From NCBI RefSeq assembly GCF_004010195.1, contig NC_057733.1:40068441-40132440 (forward strand): a stretch of 64,000 bases of DNA, in the 5' to 3' direction. A program made the translations under genes and the position numbers. Source of the stretch: Chiloscyllium plagiosum (taxonomy: Eukaryota). Position 1 is the stretch's first letter. Every line of letters begins with the position of its first letter. Under the pieces are notes generated by a model, which made no database searches, was not told where the DNA came from, and worked only from the letters and a program-made list of their open reading frames with translations. Positions 1 to 11,628 of this stretch are shown piece after piece.

Positions 1-152
1 TCAACTTTCACAACGTCTCATTGAATATTACAACAATGAAGGAGCACTTTGATCCATTGCACCTATGTTACCTCTTTGAAAGTGTCAACAATTTAGTATT
101 GCTCCCATTGTCTTTCCTCACAGCCTTACAATTTCTCCTTCAAGTATTTATC

Positions 153-355
153 CAGCATCCATGGAGAGAATAAGCTAATGTTTTGTGTCTAGATGCCTCT
201 TCATCAGAGCTGAAGAGTCTTCTGGCTGATGAACAGTCATCTAGACACAAAATGTTAGCTTGCTTTCTCACCATGGATACTGTCTGACCTGCTGTGATCT
301 CCAGAATTTGTTGTTTTCAGTACAGATTCCAGCATCGGCAGTAATTTGTTCCTAC
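153..355. mobile_element. Fold-back Penelope-like terminal-repeat fragment with two inverted, decayed hammerhead motifs
   Basis: Arms of about 153-207 and 226-282 are imperfect reverse complements. CTGATGA..GTCATCTAGAC..AAAATGTTAGC lies at 226-259 and its inverse at 174-210. Possible TSD agtatttatc/agtaattatc. Confidence 0.75.
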
Positions 356-1009
356 GAGTAATTATCTAACAGGCTTTCAAGATTGCAAATGGGTTTGCTT
401 TCATTAACATTTCATGTGGTTCATTCTTGATCATAACTCATTATGTTATTAAGTAAAATATCAGTAAAACATAACATATAATATAATACTATTATTAGTA
501 AAATATGTAATACAGATGCTGAACATATCTATATGATGTGGCTGACAGGTTTAAAAAATGCAAGTGTTTGTGGTAAAAAATGGGCAGATGGCAAGCTGGA
601 TATGAAGCTGCTACAATGGAAGGGCACAAAGAGTAATGGTGGGCAAGAGTGTTTAAGACTGGGAAGTTATTTTTGGGTTTCAATAGAACTCAATACTGAT
701 TACTTTGTTTTTGTGGTTACGTATCAATGGGTTAGATTAAAAAACATACAGATAATACAAAAATTGGCTTTGTGCTGAATTATGAGGAGGATACAGACTT
801 CAGGAAGCTGTCAATAGATTTTCCAAGTGGGCAAGGAGTCACAAACAAAATTGAACCTAGAAAAGTATAATGTCATGCATTTGGTGAGGGCAAACTCAGT
901 AAGAGAATACAAAAGAAGGTTATGCTAGAACTATATAAAACATGAGTTAGGCCAAAGCTATTGGGTCCTGTGGACAACCCTGATCACCTTTTTATGATTG
1001 ACATATAAT

Positions 1010-1802
1010 CATAGAACATAGCTATAGAACATTACAGCGCAGTACAGGTCCTTCGGCCCTCGATGTTGCACCGACCTGTCATACCAATCTGAAGCCCATC
1101 TAACCTACACTATTCCATGTACGTCCATATGCTTGTCCAATGACAACTTAAATGTACTTAAAGTTGGTGAATCTACTACCGTTGCAGGCAAAGCATTCCA
1201 TACCCTTACTACTCTCTGAGTAAAGAAACTACCTCTGACATCTGTCCTATATCTATCACCCCTCAATGTAAAGCTATGCCCCCTCGTGCTCGCCGTCACC
1301 ATACTTGGAAAAAGGCTCTCCCTGTCCACACTATCTAACCCTCTGATTATCTTATATGTCTCTATTAAGTCACCTCTCAACATTCTTCTGTCTAACGAAA
1401 ACAGCCTCAAGTCCCTCAGCCTTTCCTCGTAAGACCTTCCCTCCATACCAGGCAACATCCGAGTAAATCTCCCNNNNNNNNNNNNNNNNNNNNNNNNNNN
1501 NNNCAGTACTTTGCATTCCGGTTACTCCGACCAAAGTGAATCACCTCACACTTGTCCGCATTAAACTCCATTTGCCACCTCTCAGCCCAGCTCTGCAGCT
1601 TATCTATGTCTCTCTGTAACCTACAACATCCTTCGTCACTATCCACAACTCCACCGACCTTAGTGTCATCTGCAGATTTTCTAACCCACCCTTCTACGCC
1701 CTCATCCAGGTCGTTTATAAAAATGATGATTTATAAAAATGATGAACAGCAGTGGACCCAACATCGACCCTTGCGGTAAACCACTAGTAACTGGACTCCA
1801 GG
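1010..1802 (-). mobile_element. Young 5'-truncated CR1 LINE, RT C-terminus plus 3' UTR
   Basis: ORFs 1416-1646 (LQRDIDKLQSWAERWQMEFNADKCEVIHFG) and 1105-1458 (MLPGMEGRSYEERL..RGDLIETYKI..FFTQRVVRVWNALP). catagaa-type tail at 1010-1030. Confidence 0.95.
1474..1503. other. Assembly gap (30 N)
   Basis: Run of n inside the CR1 copy. Confidence 1.
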
Positions 1803-2361
1803 ATTTTTATACAGCTTAATATAGGAAAAACCTATTTCTCTTAACAGAAGAGCCAATAACTACAGGACAGAAATTTAAAATAAATGACAGATACATTGGA
1901 GGACAGTTGATCACATCTTCTTATGTTAGAGGGTCTGAAAACTGCTTCCTAATGCAGTGTTGGAGGCAAAAATTCTCATTGTATTTAAATAGTACTTGGA
2001 TAGGGACCAGAAGTGCTAAAGTCTGAAGATGAGCATACCAAAAACTGTAATATGGGATTCAGCTGGATGACTTCATGTCAACTCACATACAATTATACAC
2101 AATGATTCAATTTTCTATGTTTTAATTTGTCACATTTCTATGCATTGTATTATGATTCTTAAAGAGGTGAATTTTTTTTTAAAAGATTTCAATTCCCGGT
2201 GATCTACTTAAAGAATCTCTCAACTACATTTCATGCTTTAAGACATTCACTGTAACAAACAAACTAAAATCAAGATGGCTAAATATTATTTAGAAAACAA
2301 CTGATACACTAAACTTCAGCAAATATATTCCTTGGTAACATTCTAAATCATCATACTTTTA

Positions 2362-2506
2362 CATGATGTGGAGGTGCAAGTGTTGGAGTAGGATGGACAC
2401 ATGTCAAAAGTCACATGACATCAGGGATATAGTCTAACAGGTTTATTTGAAATTACAAGCTTTTGGAGCACTGCTCCTTCATTCGGTGAAATGTGACTTC
2501 TGACCA
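2362..2506 (-). mobile_element. PLE terminal-repeat fragment with decayed hammerhead (AGCT type)
   Basis: Similar to the ends of 4441-5059. The minus strand of 2455-2489 reads CACCGAATGAAGGAGCAGTGCTCCAAAAGCTTGT. Confidence 0.7.
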
Positions 2507-3932
2507 TGCTTTTGCATGGCACTGTATTCTTCTGGAATTGTAGTCACTACAAGAGCCAGTTCAAAGTTATTCCCAGCATCCAACAGGCTCACTGCTCCTG
2601 CCATGTTGAATCGTCAAATCCAATACCTGTTAAAGGTCATTCCTCTATCTTCTGAAAATTCTTGAACTGACTTCTAGTAACAAGGACCACTCCAACGAGT
2701 CATTCTCTTGACCATGCCAAGGTGAAACTCCCAGTGTTGTTAAATTTCCATCAGTCTGATCTCTTTGACACTGAACGAGATGTCAAGAGCCTTCTGCCTA
2801 TTGGCTAGCAGGGCAATTTTTTATTTCCTTGCTGTTCACAGCAGCTGCTGTTTATCTCTCTCTGACTGTCTCTTTTCTCTCATCTCCCTTGTCTCTCCTT
2901 CTCTGTCTGAGAATCTCTAAGACTGTAAGTTAGACAATATATAAGTCTGCTCAAAGCAGAGCCCCCATGCCTTTCTTTAATTTGAGCTGTGAAAGCCTGC
3001 ACTTGTGTTTCAAAAGGTCTTGATCTGGCTTCTGTCCCAATGTCTTTTAAGTCACAGAATCTTATGGTTAGGCAGAACAAGTAGAAAATCACAATCACAT
3101 GTTCCTCTTATTTACATTGAATTAAAAAAAATAATTTAAAACCTAACCGTCTTATAAAACCTCCCACTCATACCAACAAGAATCAATTTATTTCAATTAA
3201 GCAACTTAACTACAAATAAAATGGTATTACTGTGTTCATATTCATTCATTTACTAGGCCTCACATTTTAATCCAACTATTCTGCTGAAAGACTTCAAATG
3301 CAAATATACATTTGCTTTGGTGTTGCTTTTATGCAGTAAATGGCATTTGAAGGATTTTTGGAATCCATTGTCATTTTCATGATTTACTAAATGATTTCTT
3401 ACTGTGGATGAGTCATGCTTTTGTGAGTTGTTAACAAAACAGTTGAACTTTGCAAATAATTATAGTGGCAATGTGATCAAAGCTAAGCTGTGAGAATTGC
3501 AAAGACTGGCACCCAAAGAGTTATCAATCTTTCCAGCATCATCTGGCCAGTTTTTCATGCCCAAAATTTATTATTATCCAATTAGAACATTCCACCTTCA
3601 TCTCCTCAATTTAACTGTGAAGCTTTGTTTACAGATAGCATACAGGGATAAACTAGTGAATTAAATTATGCATAAAGAATTGGACTTGTGCATGTGTTAA
3701 CTGTGTAGCACCTTATAAACCTGGAAAAAAATGTGAATGGTCGTGTTCCAAGATTGGATGTATTTCCACTGTTTAAAACCTTGGCTATGGACTGTCCATG
3801 TTTCTAGAAGCAAGAAATTAGTCTGTACATTTAAAGTCACTTTATTCTAAATTAGAATGCTTTGACATAATTGATCGAACACCTAAATAAATTTTGTTTC
3901 ATAAATTACCAAACAATCTAGCTGTGTCAGCA

Positions 3933-4368
3933 AGTTTTGAGAAGATTTGTAGCTCAGGTTGAGGTTTTGGATGTCGGTTTGCCCGCTGAGCTGGAAGGTT
4001 CATTTCTAGACATTTCCTTATCCTACCAGGTAACATTTTCAGTGAGCCTCAGGCGAAGCAATACTGAAAATTCTGACTTTCTATTTGTATGTTTGGGTTT
4101 CTTTGGGTTGGAACTCTATCAACAAACACATTGAGTTAGACCCCATCTACCACCCCCTGAGAAAAGGAACAGGAAGTGACTTCACCACAGGAAATAACAC
4201 CACCACAGGAAATGACATCACCAACTCAAAGAAACCCAAACATATAAATAAAAAGCAGGAATTTTCAGCATTGCTTCACTTGAGGCCCACTGAAGATGTA
4301 ACCTAGTAGGGTAACAAAACGCCTGGAAATGACTTTCCAGCTCAGCGAGCAAACCTACATTCAAAATA
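3933..4368. mobile_element. PLE 3' fragment with inverted terminal repeats, each carrying a hammerhead motif
   Basis: About 3970-4100 is the imperfect reverse complement of about 4235-4362. Internal WNSINKHIELDPIYHPLR peptide matches the GIY-YIG C-terminal tail at about 9810 and 11450. Confidence 0.85.
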
Positions 4369-4494
4369 TTGCTGTGTATTACAGGAGAGAATAAAACTTG
4401 AATCAGATTGGCTTGGCAGAAGTTGCAGCATGTATTTGAACAAAGTTAAAAAACACACAACACCAGGTTATAGTCCAATAGATTCATTTGGAAG

Positions 4495-4529
4495 TATTAG
4501 CTTTCAGAACACTGCTCCTTCATCAGGTA
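4495..4529 (-). ncRNA. Minimal type-I hammerhead ribozyme motif (core intact)
   Basis: Minus strand reads TAC CTGATGA A GGAGC agt GTTCT GAAA GCTA ATA. Stem II pairs fully (WC/GU), AGCT is palindromic, and stem I has one mismatch. Confidence 0.75.
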
Positions 4530-4951
4530 GCTGTGGAGCAGGATCATAAGACACAGAATTTATCGCAAAAGATCACAGTATCATGCAACTGATACTATAC
4601 ATTGAACAAACCTAGATTGCTATTAAGTCTTTCATCTTTTAAAATGTGTTTCAGGTTTCAGTTCATTATTAAGTAAATTCCAGAACTTCTTTCAAATCAC
4701 ATTCTCAAGATAACTTAAGGTTTTATGTAAAAAAAGAAGTGACATATCAGCTCAGACAATGCAGTAAGGTGTAAGGGTAGAGTCTGTCTATATCCAAATC
4801 TTGAGTCAGACTGGTCCTACTTCCAAAGTAGGAATTTATAAAATGCTACATGGATTGACTACCTGCATTGACTCCCTGCAGATTGTGTGCTTTTTGGAAA
4901 AAAAGTACCTGCAAATACAATTCTGCAAATGCAAATTCACCCCATAGACTT

Positions 4952-4979
4952 TGTGTGTGTGTGTGTGTGTGTGTGTGCA

Positions 4980-5019
<40 letters not shown>

Positions 5020-5024
5020 TGTGT
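4952..5024 (+). repeat. Compound (TG)n(GA)n microsatellite
   Basis: Seen directly. Confidence 0.98.
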
Positions 5025-5224
5025 TTGTCCACCCCAGTCCAACACCAACACCTCCACATCATGTATTTGAATAAGGGAACATATAGATTTCAGTTTCTAG
5101 TAATTGAAAATGTCTAATGCATCAACTTAACTGTAGTCTTTGGGGTTGTCATCACTACAAAAAATGCAGTTCAAGTACTGTGGATACTGCTGAGGCTGAT
5201 CAGAGATTGAGACTCAACATGGGA

Positions 5225-5428
5225 AAAGTAAGGTTACCATAGTCCTACCAGAGAATAGGGCTGCTCTTTCATGAGAGAGGTATGACAGGGGTTGGGTTAA
5301 CCTGAGGATCACTGTGCCTCAGGTGAGTGGAGAGGTTAAGACGTTCATGATAGTCTCAGACAGTGCAGGACTTGAAGACACACTGTCAGCCTCACTCTGC
5401 ATAGCAAACCAGCTGTCCAGCTCACTGA
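5225..5428 (-). mobile_element. tRNA-headed SINE, decayed (same family as 30257-30448)
   Basis: Shares ttaacctgagg.tcac....cctcagg.gag.ggagaggtt with 30317-30358. Confidence 0.65.
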
Positions 5429-5899
5429 TTCCCTCTCAACATGGAGAAACCTTCAGATGGCTCTGTCAAAGAATAAGCATTCAGCGTAATAAAAAAAAGT
5501 GTGTATTTTGTCTACTACAATTAATTTTACAAATCTGAAACTTGAGGATACTTGTATTCTGATCACAGCTGATGTTATTACTGGATAAATCAGATCCCAG
5601 ATTAAAATCTGGCTTAATGGACCATGTATTGATTTTATTCAATGAGGTGCTGTTTCACTGAAACACAATCACCTAGCATATAATGCTGCACATCTCATTT
5701 TAATGAAAGAAAGAAGTTCATTATACAAAGTAAAGGAAGATAATATGGAACAAATCCACATATCTCACAATTTGAATGATTTTTGAACACAGTAAAACAT
5801 CAATATTCCATCTACCTCAACTGTATCCCTTGATAGTACTCAAAACAGCAGAAAAAAAACTCCCTGCTCTATCACTTCAATAGTTAGTTTTAGTTAGAT

Positions 5900-6036
5900 A
5901 ATCTGAAGAAGGGGCACTGAACGTGAAACATTAACTCTGCTTTCTCTCCATTGATGCTGCCAGACTTAATGAGTTTCTCCAACAATTTTTGTTTTTGTTT
6001 CAGTTTTCTAATATTTCCAGTTCTTTAGTTTATTTT
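5900..6036 (+). mobile_element. PLE terminal-repeat arm starting with a hammerhead motif
   Basis: CTGAAGA A GGGGCACTGAACGT GAAA CATT AA, followed by the ctctg..ttctctcca.tgatgctgccagac repeat also seen at 18120, 30048 and 39650. Confidence 0.75.
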
Positions 6037-7735
6037 AATGTTCTTCAATGTTTACCATGTCAACTCCTAAAGCTCTCCCAAAAATATATTTGTATTGGCA
6101 CTCCAAGAACTATTTATTCCACCATGTTGTTTTTCAAATAAAGAAAACCATGACTCCAAAAATACTGACAAGTTAATCATTAAACTCCTTCTTACATACT
6201 AACCTAAACTCATATGTCACTAGTTGAAAATCCAATGATATTAATATATATCACACCATAGATCATAGTTGTGTGACTTCATGCTTTAGGCAGTGCCTGG
6301 CACACAACTACGGAATATTTGATCTTTACAGGACTTGAAATGAATGCAACTTGCTGGTGCATTGCCAACAATTTTCCTATTGGTCTAATGCAAAGCCATA
6401 TTATTGATATGCAGTCTTGCAAAATTCACTATATATGCTTCTTTCTTTAATGTAAACACACAAAAAAAATTAAACATTGTCTTAATTTGATTACAGTTTG
6501 TGTTCAAGAATATTTTGTTTTCTATGTACCATATCACATAAAATATTCCATCTCTGTTGTGTATTATTCTTTATGTATATAGGTTATTTAATCCATTTAA
6601 TATGATTTCATCATTGGTAAATAATCACTTCAGAAAAAAAAAATCACATATCGAGTGTACATCTAACATCTGAAGGAACACAAACGATACCACAGGAAAT
6701 TCACTATATATTTGTGATAATATTAAAGCTTGTTGAAGACCTAGGGAACTGAGATTTCCTTTGCTACCATAGCAAGAAACATGAAAGCACATCATGAGAG
6801 TAGGACAGATGGTGTTTATTATCAAGGTCAGATCAGAAACCAAATTTTGATCAATGAATTTTGTTGCACCTCATTTTTCCACAGGATTGTTTGTTTTGAT
6901 CGTCAGTGTCTAAATTCCTTTCTTGACGGCACTGAACTCCCTCTTTCCTAAAATGTTGTCATCTCATTTCTCTTCGTAGCACACTGTGTTGACTTGAAAT
7001 GCCTGGTCATCTTTCTTTTGTGATACCTGTTCCTCATTAAGGCATTGAGTTCTCCATTGGAGACACCATTGAGAAAACTTTGAAGTGTGATTGGATGGAG
7101 TAAGAGGGCATAAAAGGGCAGAATGATCCATGGAAACAGAAAAGAAAAATACGAGAAGATAATTCTAAAAATGGAGCTTAGAAGGAAATGACTGAACACT
7201 TGTGAAACTGATAACAGAGATGAGGAAAGAATACAGTAAATTTGCCAAACAGCAACAATTTAAGTGGAGATGAATATAAATTAACAGGTATAAGTAGAGA
7301 ATTAATGAACGAAATAATAGGGAAATGTTCATAAAAGGAAATGGAAAAGCAATGATTGAAAGAAGAGAAAGCACACTGAATCTTTAAGTCTTACCAGATG
7401 TATTGCCTGGCTGAGTCACTGGAGATCTATCCATCATGAGAATAATACAAATAGAGTGAGGCCCAAAATAAAGGGAGACCAAAATAAATTTTTGTCTTGT
7501 TTCATTATTATTTTGTCATCATACAGGAGAGCACTCAATAACAGCTAATGGCTTTCACTTCTTTAAGCCTACTGTCACTGATTAGGAGAGAGACATACTT
7601 GTTCATTTAGTTTATGCCTTACATTTTGAATGGACTTTCTGAGGATCCATGTCTACAAGTCTACGTAATACTGAAAAGCAGCAGATAATTTTGGAAAAAT
7701 GGTGCCCTAGTTTAATGCCGTTCAATCTGACGACA

Positions 7736-7912
7736 GGGAGAAAGTGAGGACTGCAGATACTGGAGATCAGAGTCGAGAGTGTGGTGCTGGAAAAGCACAC
7801 CAGATCAGGCAGTGTCTGAGGAGTAGGAGAATTGACATTTCGGGCATGAGCCTGGCTTGTACCCGAATCGTCAATTCTCTTGCTGCCTGACCTATTGTGC
7901 TTTTCCAGCACC
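7736..7912. mobile_element. Fold-back PLE-derived element
   Basis: gtgctggaaaagcac..aggcag / ctgcctgacc..gtgcttttccagcac arms. The centre contains a hammerhead stem II remnant. Confidence 0.85.
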
Positions 7913-8521
7913 TCAATCTGAGGACAGTATTGTAATTCATTGCCTGCTGTGCACATTTCCTGGGATGGCCTATCAGAATGGCCAACAAAACCTGCAAATA
8001 AATTAAGACTTCTAACAAGTCTTCAATTAAAAAATCTCATTAATATAGATTGCTTGAGGATTGAGATTTTGGTATTTGAATTCTAGATGACTTTGTATTA
8101 CAGTTCAAATAAAATTCAGAAATATTTGACAATGACATGTAAATTACCTTCGGACAGAATCTAATGGTGTTGAGCATATAAACAGCCAGAACCTATGGTT
8201 CTTTACCATCATGATTGGGGTAAGCTTATTAGATCTTAAAACACTGAAGTGGTTATTCAGTGGGGTTTCTTTTGGGATCATTCCCAGAACAACAATGATT
8301 CAGCCGACCTGAAATTGCAGCCAATCAAGGGCTGTGAACCATAATATCACCTCAGAGCTAGTGGCCGCTTTTGTCACTGCAATTCTGAAATCCAGGAGGA
8401 ACAAGCATGGAAATTCGCAGGATGTGAGTTGGGCAGAGACTGGAGTCAGCTGGGTTGGTTACATGGGCAGGGAATAGCCTTTGGAGACAACACTGCTCTC
8501 TACTATGCATCACTTCAATTA

Positions 8522-8816
8522 AGGGAGAAAGTGAGGTCTGGAGATCAGAGTCGAAACATCAATTCTCCTACTCCTCAGACACTGCCTGACCTGCTGTGCT
8601 TTTCCAGCACCACACTCTCGACTCTGATCTCCAGTATCTGCAGTCCTCATTTTCTCCCTGTCGTCAGATTGAACGACACTAAACTACGGCACCATTTTTC
8701 CAAAATTATCTGCTGCTTTTCAGTATTACGTAGGCTCTGGCCCAAAACATCGATTTTCCTGCTTCTCGGATGCTGCCTGAACTGCTGTGCTTTTCTAGCA
8801 ACACATTCCCGACTCA
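8522..8816. mobile_element. Composite of PLE arms including an inverted copy of 7661-7842
   Basis: 8552-8733 is the reverse complement of 7661-7842 (8 mismatches in 182 bp by hand alignment). It is flanked by further arm pieces at 8522-8553 and 8734-8816. Confidence 0.85.
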
Positions 8817-8963
8817 CCCCTCCAATCATCTCAACTCATCTCTCCATTGTATTGATAGGGAATGTTGCCAGAATACAGTTCCTCATACATGCAGTCGGAA
8901 GAGGTGCTTCAATGGTCTTTACTTGACCGCTTTAGGATCTCAATTAATCTTAATTAATTCAAA

Positions 8964-10024
8964 GTTTGTAAGAAGATTTGTAGCTCAGGTGCTCGTTCTG
9001 TTCGCCGAGCTGGGAATTTGTGTTGCACTCAAACTACTGGACCTCTGCCTCACTACACACTTCACATATGAACAAATCAATGGCACACTCATGGGCTCAC
9101 CCATCTCTGGACTCATAGCAGAAGCTGTAATGCAAAGACTAGAATAAACAGTCTTACTGCAAATTCAACCCAAACTCTGGGTCAGATATGTGGATGACAC
9201 CTTTGTAATCATTAAAAACACAGAAATAGAGAACACACACTGAATCATCAACTCCACAATCACAGGAATCCGATTCACCAGAGAGGAAGAAAAGGACAAC
9301 CAACTCCCATTCCTAGATGTGATGGTACAGAGAACACCGAACGGAGAATTCACCACAAAGGTATACAGGAAAGCCACACACACAGACCAAGTCCTAAACT
9401 ACGAAAGCAACCACCCCAACACACACAAAAGAAGTTGCATCAAGACACTGTTCAAAAGGGCCACAACACACTGCAGCACACCAGAACTGCAAAAAGAGGA
9501 AGAAGAACACCTCTATAAGGTATTTGCCAAAAACGGATACCCCCGCAATTTCATCAACAGATGCCTAAGGGAAAGACAACGGACATGCCACAACCCAAAG
9601 GACGAGCCATGTTACCATACATCAAGAACATTTCTGAACTGACAGCCAGACTACTACGACCACTAGGACTCCCATAACAGCACATAAACCAACAGCCACT
9701 CTCAGACAACAACTCACCAGAACGAAGGACCCGATACCCATATAGGACAAGCCAAACAGAGAACAGCCAGGAAATTCCTAAAGGCATGGCACTCATCCAC
9801 AGATACTATCAACAAACACATTGACCTGGACCCAATATACCGGCCACTACAGCGGACACCTGGAACTGACAACCTGAAGCGGCAGAGACAAACCACTATA
9901 AATGCCGGAGGAAACAACACAGAAGCGCTTCACAGGAGGCTCCCAAGCCCTGAGGATGTCACCGAGATAGGGAATGAAACGTCTGCAACACAAATTCCCA
10001 GCTCGACGAACAGAACCACAACAA
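8964..10024 (+). mobile_element. 5'-truncated Penelope-like retroelement (pseudogenised RT, partial GIY-YIG, terminal repeat, inverted 5' repeat piece)
   Basis: Peptides YEQINGTLMGSPISGLIAEAVMQRLE, WVRYVDDTF, LPFLDVMV, TKVYRKATHTDQVLNYESNHP and NGYPRNFI, with in-frame stops. 8964-9027 is inverted relative to the 3' end. AATCTTAATTAAT at 8946-8958 and 10023-10035. Confidence 0.93.
9947..9986 (+). ncRNA. Minimal hammerhead motif in PLE terminal repeat
   Basis: GCC CTGAGGA T GTCACCG agat AGGGAAT GAAACGTC TGC. Catalytic boxes and the ACGT palindrome are intact; stem II is partly mutated. Confidence 0.7.
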
Positions 10025-11159
10025 TCTTAATTAATCAATTGATTGATTGACTATATCATTGTTCAATCCCAAGACCAAAAAGATGTCCTTCTTACCAAGG
10101 CAACGACCAGTGCAGCTGACTGCTGAACAGACCAGTGACCCATCTCCTCCTCAATGTCCATCAAATGTCATCAGCAACTGAAGACAAAGAAACAGAATTA
10201 TGCTCAATGTTGATTGGCTTCAAGAGTCAAACAGACTAACAACCTTCCAACAATGTCTCTAAAGAGTTCATTTCAATGATGTGAAAGAAATCTGGAAAGA
10301 GATGAAGACAGCATCACCTCATGCTGTAAATAAGCCATCGGCTACTATACCAAGAAACGTCAAAACTGGCTTTATGAGATTGACTGCATCATCCAAGATC
10401 TCATTAACAAGAAGAGAAAACCTCTTTTTAACTGGCAAAACAACATCGCCAGTGAGGCAAAGAGGAGAACCCATCAAACAGCAAAAATGAGAGTTACAAA
10501 GAATAACATGGGAAAGTAAGAACCAGTGGTGGACTGAAAAAGCTCAGGAGCTGCAACTCCTTGTTCACAAATGTGGCACCCAGGGTTTCTTCAATGCTGC
10601 CAATGCAAAGTACTGACCCAGCACACTTGGCCGGCAGCCTTTGCAGAATATGGATGGAACCCTTTTGAGACATGGTGAAAACATCTGTCTTCAATGGAGA
10701 TAACACTTCAATATAATACAATCATTGACGAGGACATGTTTGAGGATATTCCCCCAGTTTTTCATCAATGATGATCTTGGGTTCCCAACTAATATGTCAG
10801 AAGTTGAAACAACCATGAGACAGATGAAGAATGGAAAAGCCGCAGGAGTGGATGGGATTCCAGCAGAGATTTTCAAACTTGTAGCAGCAGAGCTTAGCCA
10901 TCATCTCCCTCAGTATTCCTGAATATCTGAGACAAAGAAGAAATCTCAGGGATGCTTCAGTCATCACCGTCTTCAAGAAAGGAAGCATATTGGACTGTGG
11001 AATTTCCCTATTCTCCATCTCCAAGAAGATCATAGCCAGAATACTCACTAAGTGCCTTCTCCCAGTCTCATCAGAAATCCTTCCTGAAAGTTTGTGAGAA
11101 GATTTGTAGCTCGGGTGCTCATTGTTGTGGTTCTGTTCGCCGAGCTGGGAATTTATGTT

Positions 11160-11199
11160 GCAGACATTTCGTCCCCTGTCTAGGTAACATCCTCAGTGC
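11160..11199 (-). ncRNA. Minimal hammerhead motif, best-preserved copy
   Basis: Minus strand reads GCA CTGAGGA T GTTACCT agac AGGGGAC GAAATGTC TGC. Stem I (GCA/TGC), stem II and the GTC cleavage triplet are present. Confidence 0.8.
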
Positions 11200-11590
11200 T
11201 TGGGAGCCTCCTGTGAAGCGCTTCTGTGTTCTTTCCTCCTGCATTTGTAGTGGCTTGAATCTGCCGCTTCCGGTTGTCAGTTCCATGAACACCAACTAGC
11301 CACGAAACGACACGACCAGCTATCCTTAGTAGCCACACACGCAGATGACAAGCAACATGAGTTCGACTGGGACAACACTACTATTATAGGATAAACCAAA
11401 CAGAGAACAGCCAGGGAATTCCTAGAGGCATGGCACTCATCCACAGATTCAATCAATAAGCACATCGACCTGGACTCAATATACCGACCACTGCAGCGGA
11501 CAGCTGGAACTGACAACCGGAAGCGGCAGATTCAAACCATTACAAATGCCAGAGCAAAGATCACAGAAGCGCTTCACAGGAGGCTCCCAA

Positions 11591-11628
11591 GCACTGAGGA
11601 TGTCATAGACAGGGGACGAAACATCTGC
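11591..11628 (+). ncRNA. Minimal hammerhead motif (2-nt deletion in stem II)
   Basis: GCA CTGAGGA T GTCATAGACAGGGGAC GAAACATC TGC. Confidence 0.65.

Larger units (their letters stand above)
680..2135 (+). mobile_element. Old decayed CR1 LINE (RT and 3' end), split by a younger CR1 at 1010-1802
   Basis: Degenerate FADDTK-like segment (acagataatacaaaaattgg, about 748-768). CR1 3' similarity resumes after about 1803. Many stops and indels. Confidence 0.6.
4441..5059 (-). mobile_element. PLE-derived insertion with internal (GT)n(GA)n and a 12-bp TSD
   Basis: Perfect direct repeat CATGTATTTGAA at 4429-4440 and 5060-5071. Hammerhead motif near the left end. Ends match 2362-2506. Confidence 0.8.

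Noticed and set aside
8429-8926. 165-aa ORF sharing a peptide with ORF 7612-7956
   Set aside because: The shared peptide only reflects the inverted duplication of non-coding repeat DNA.
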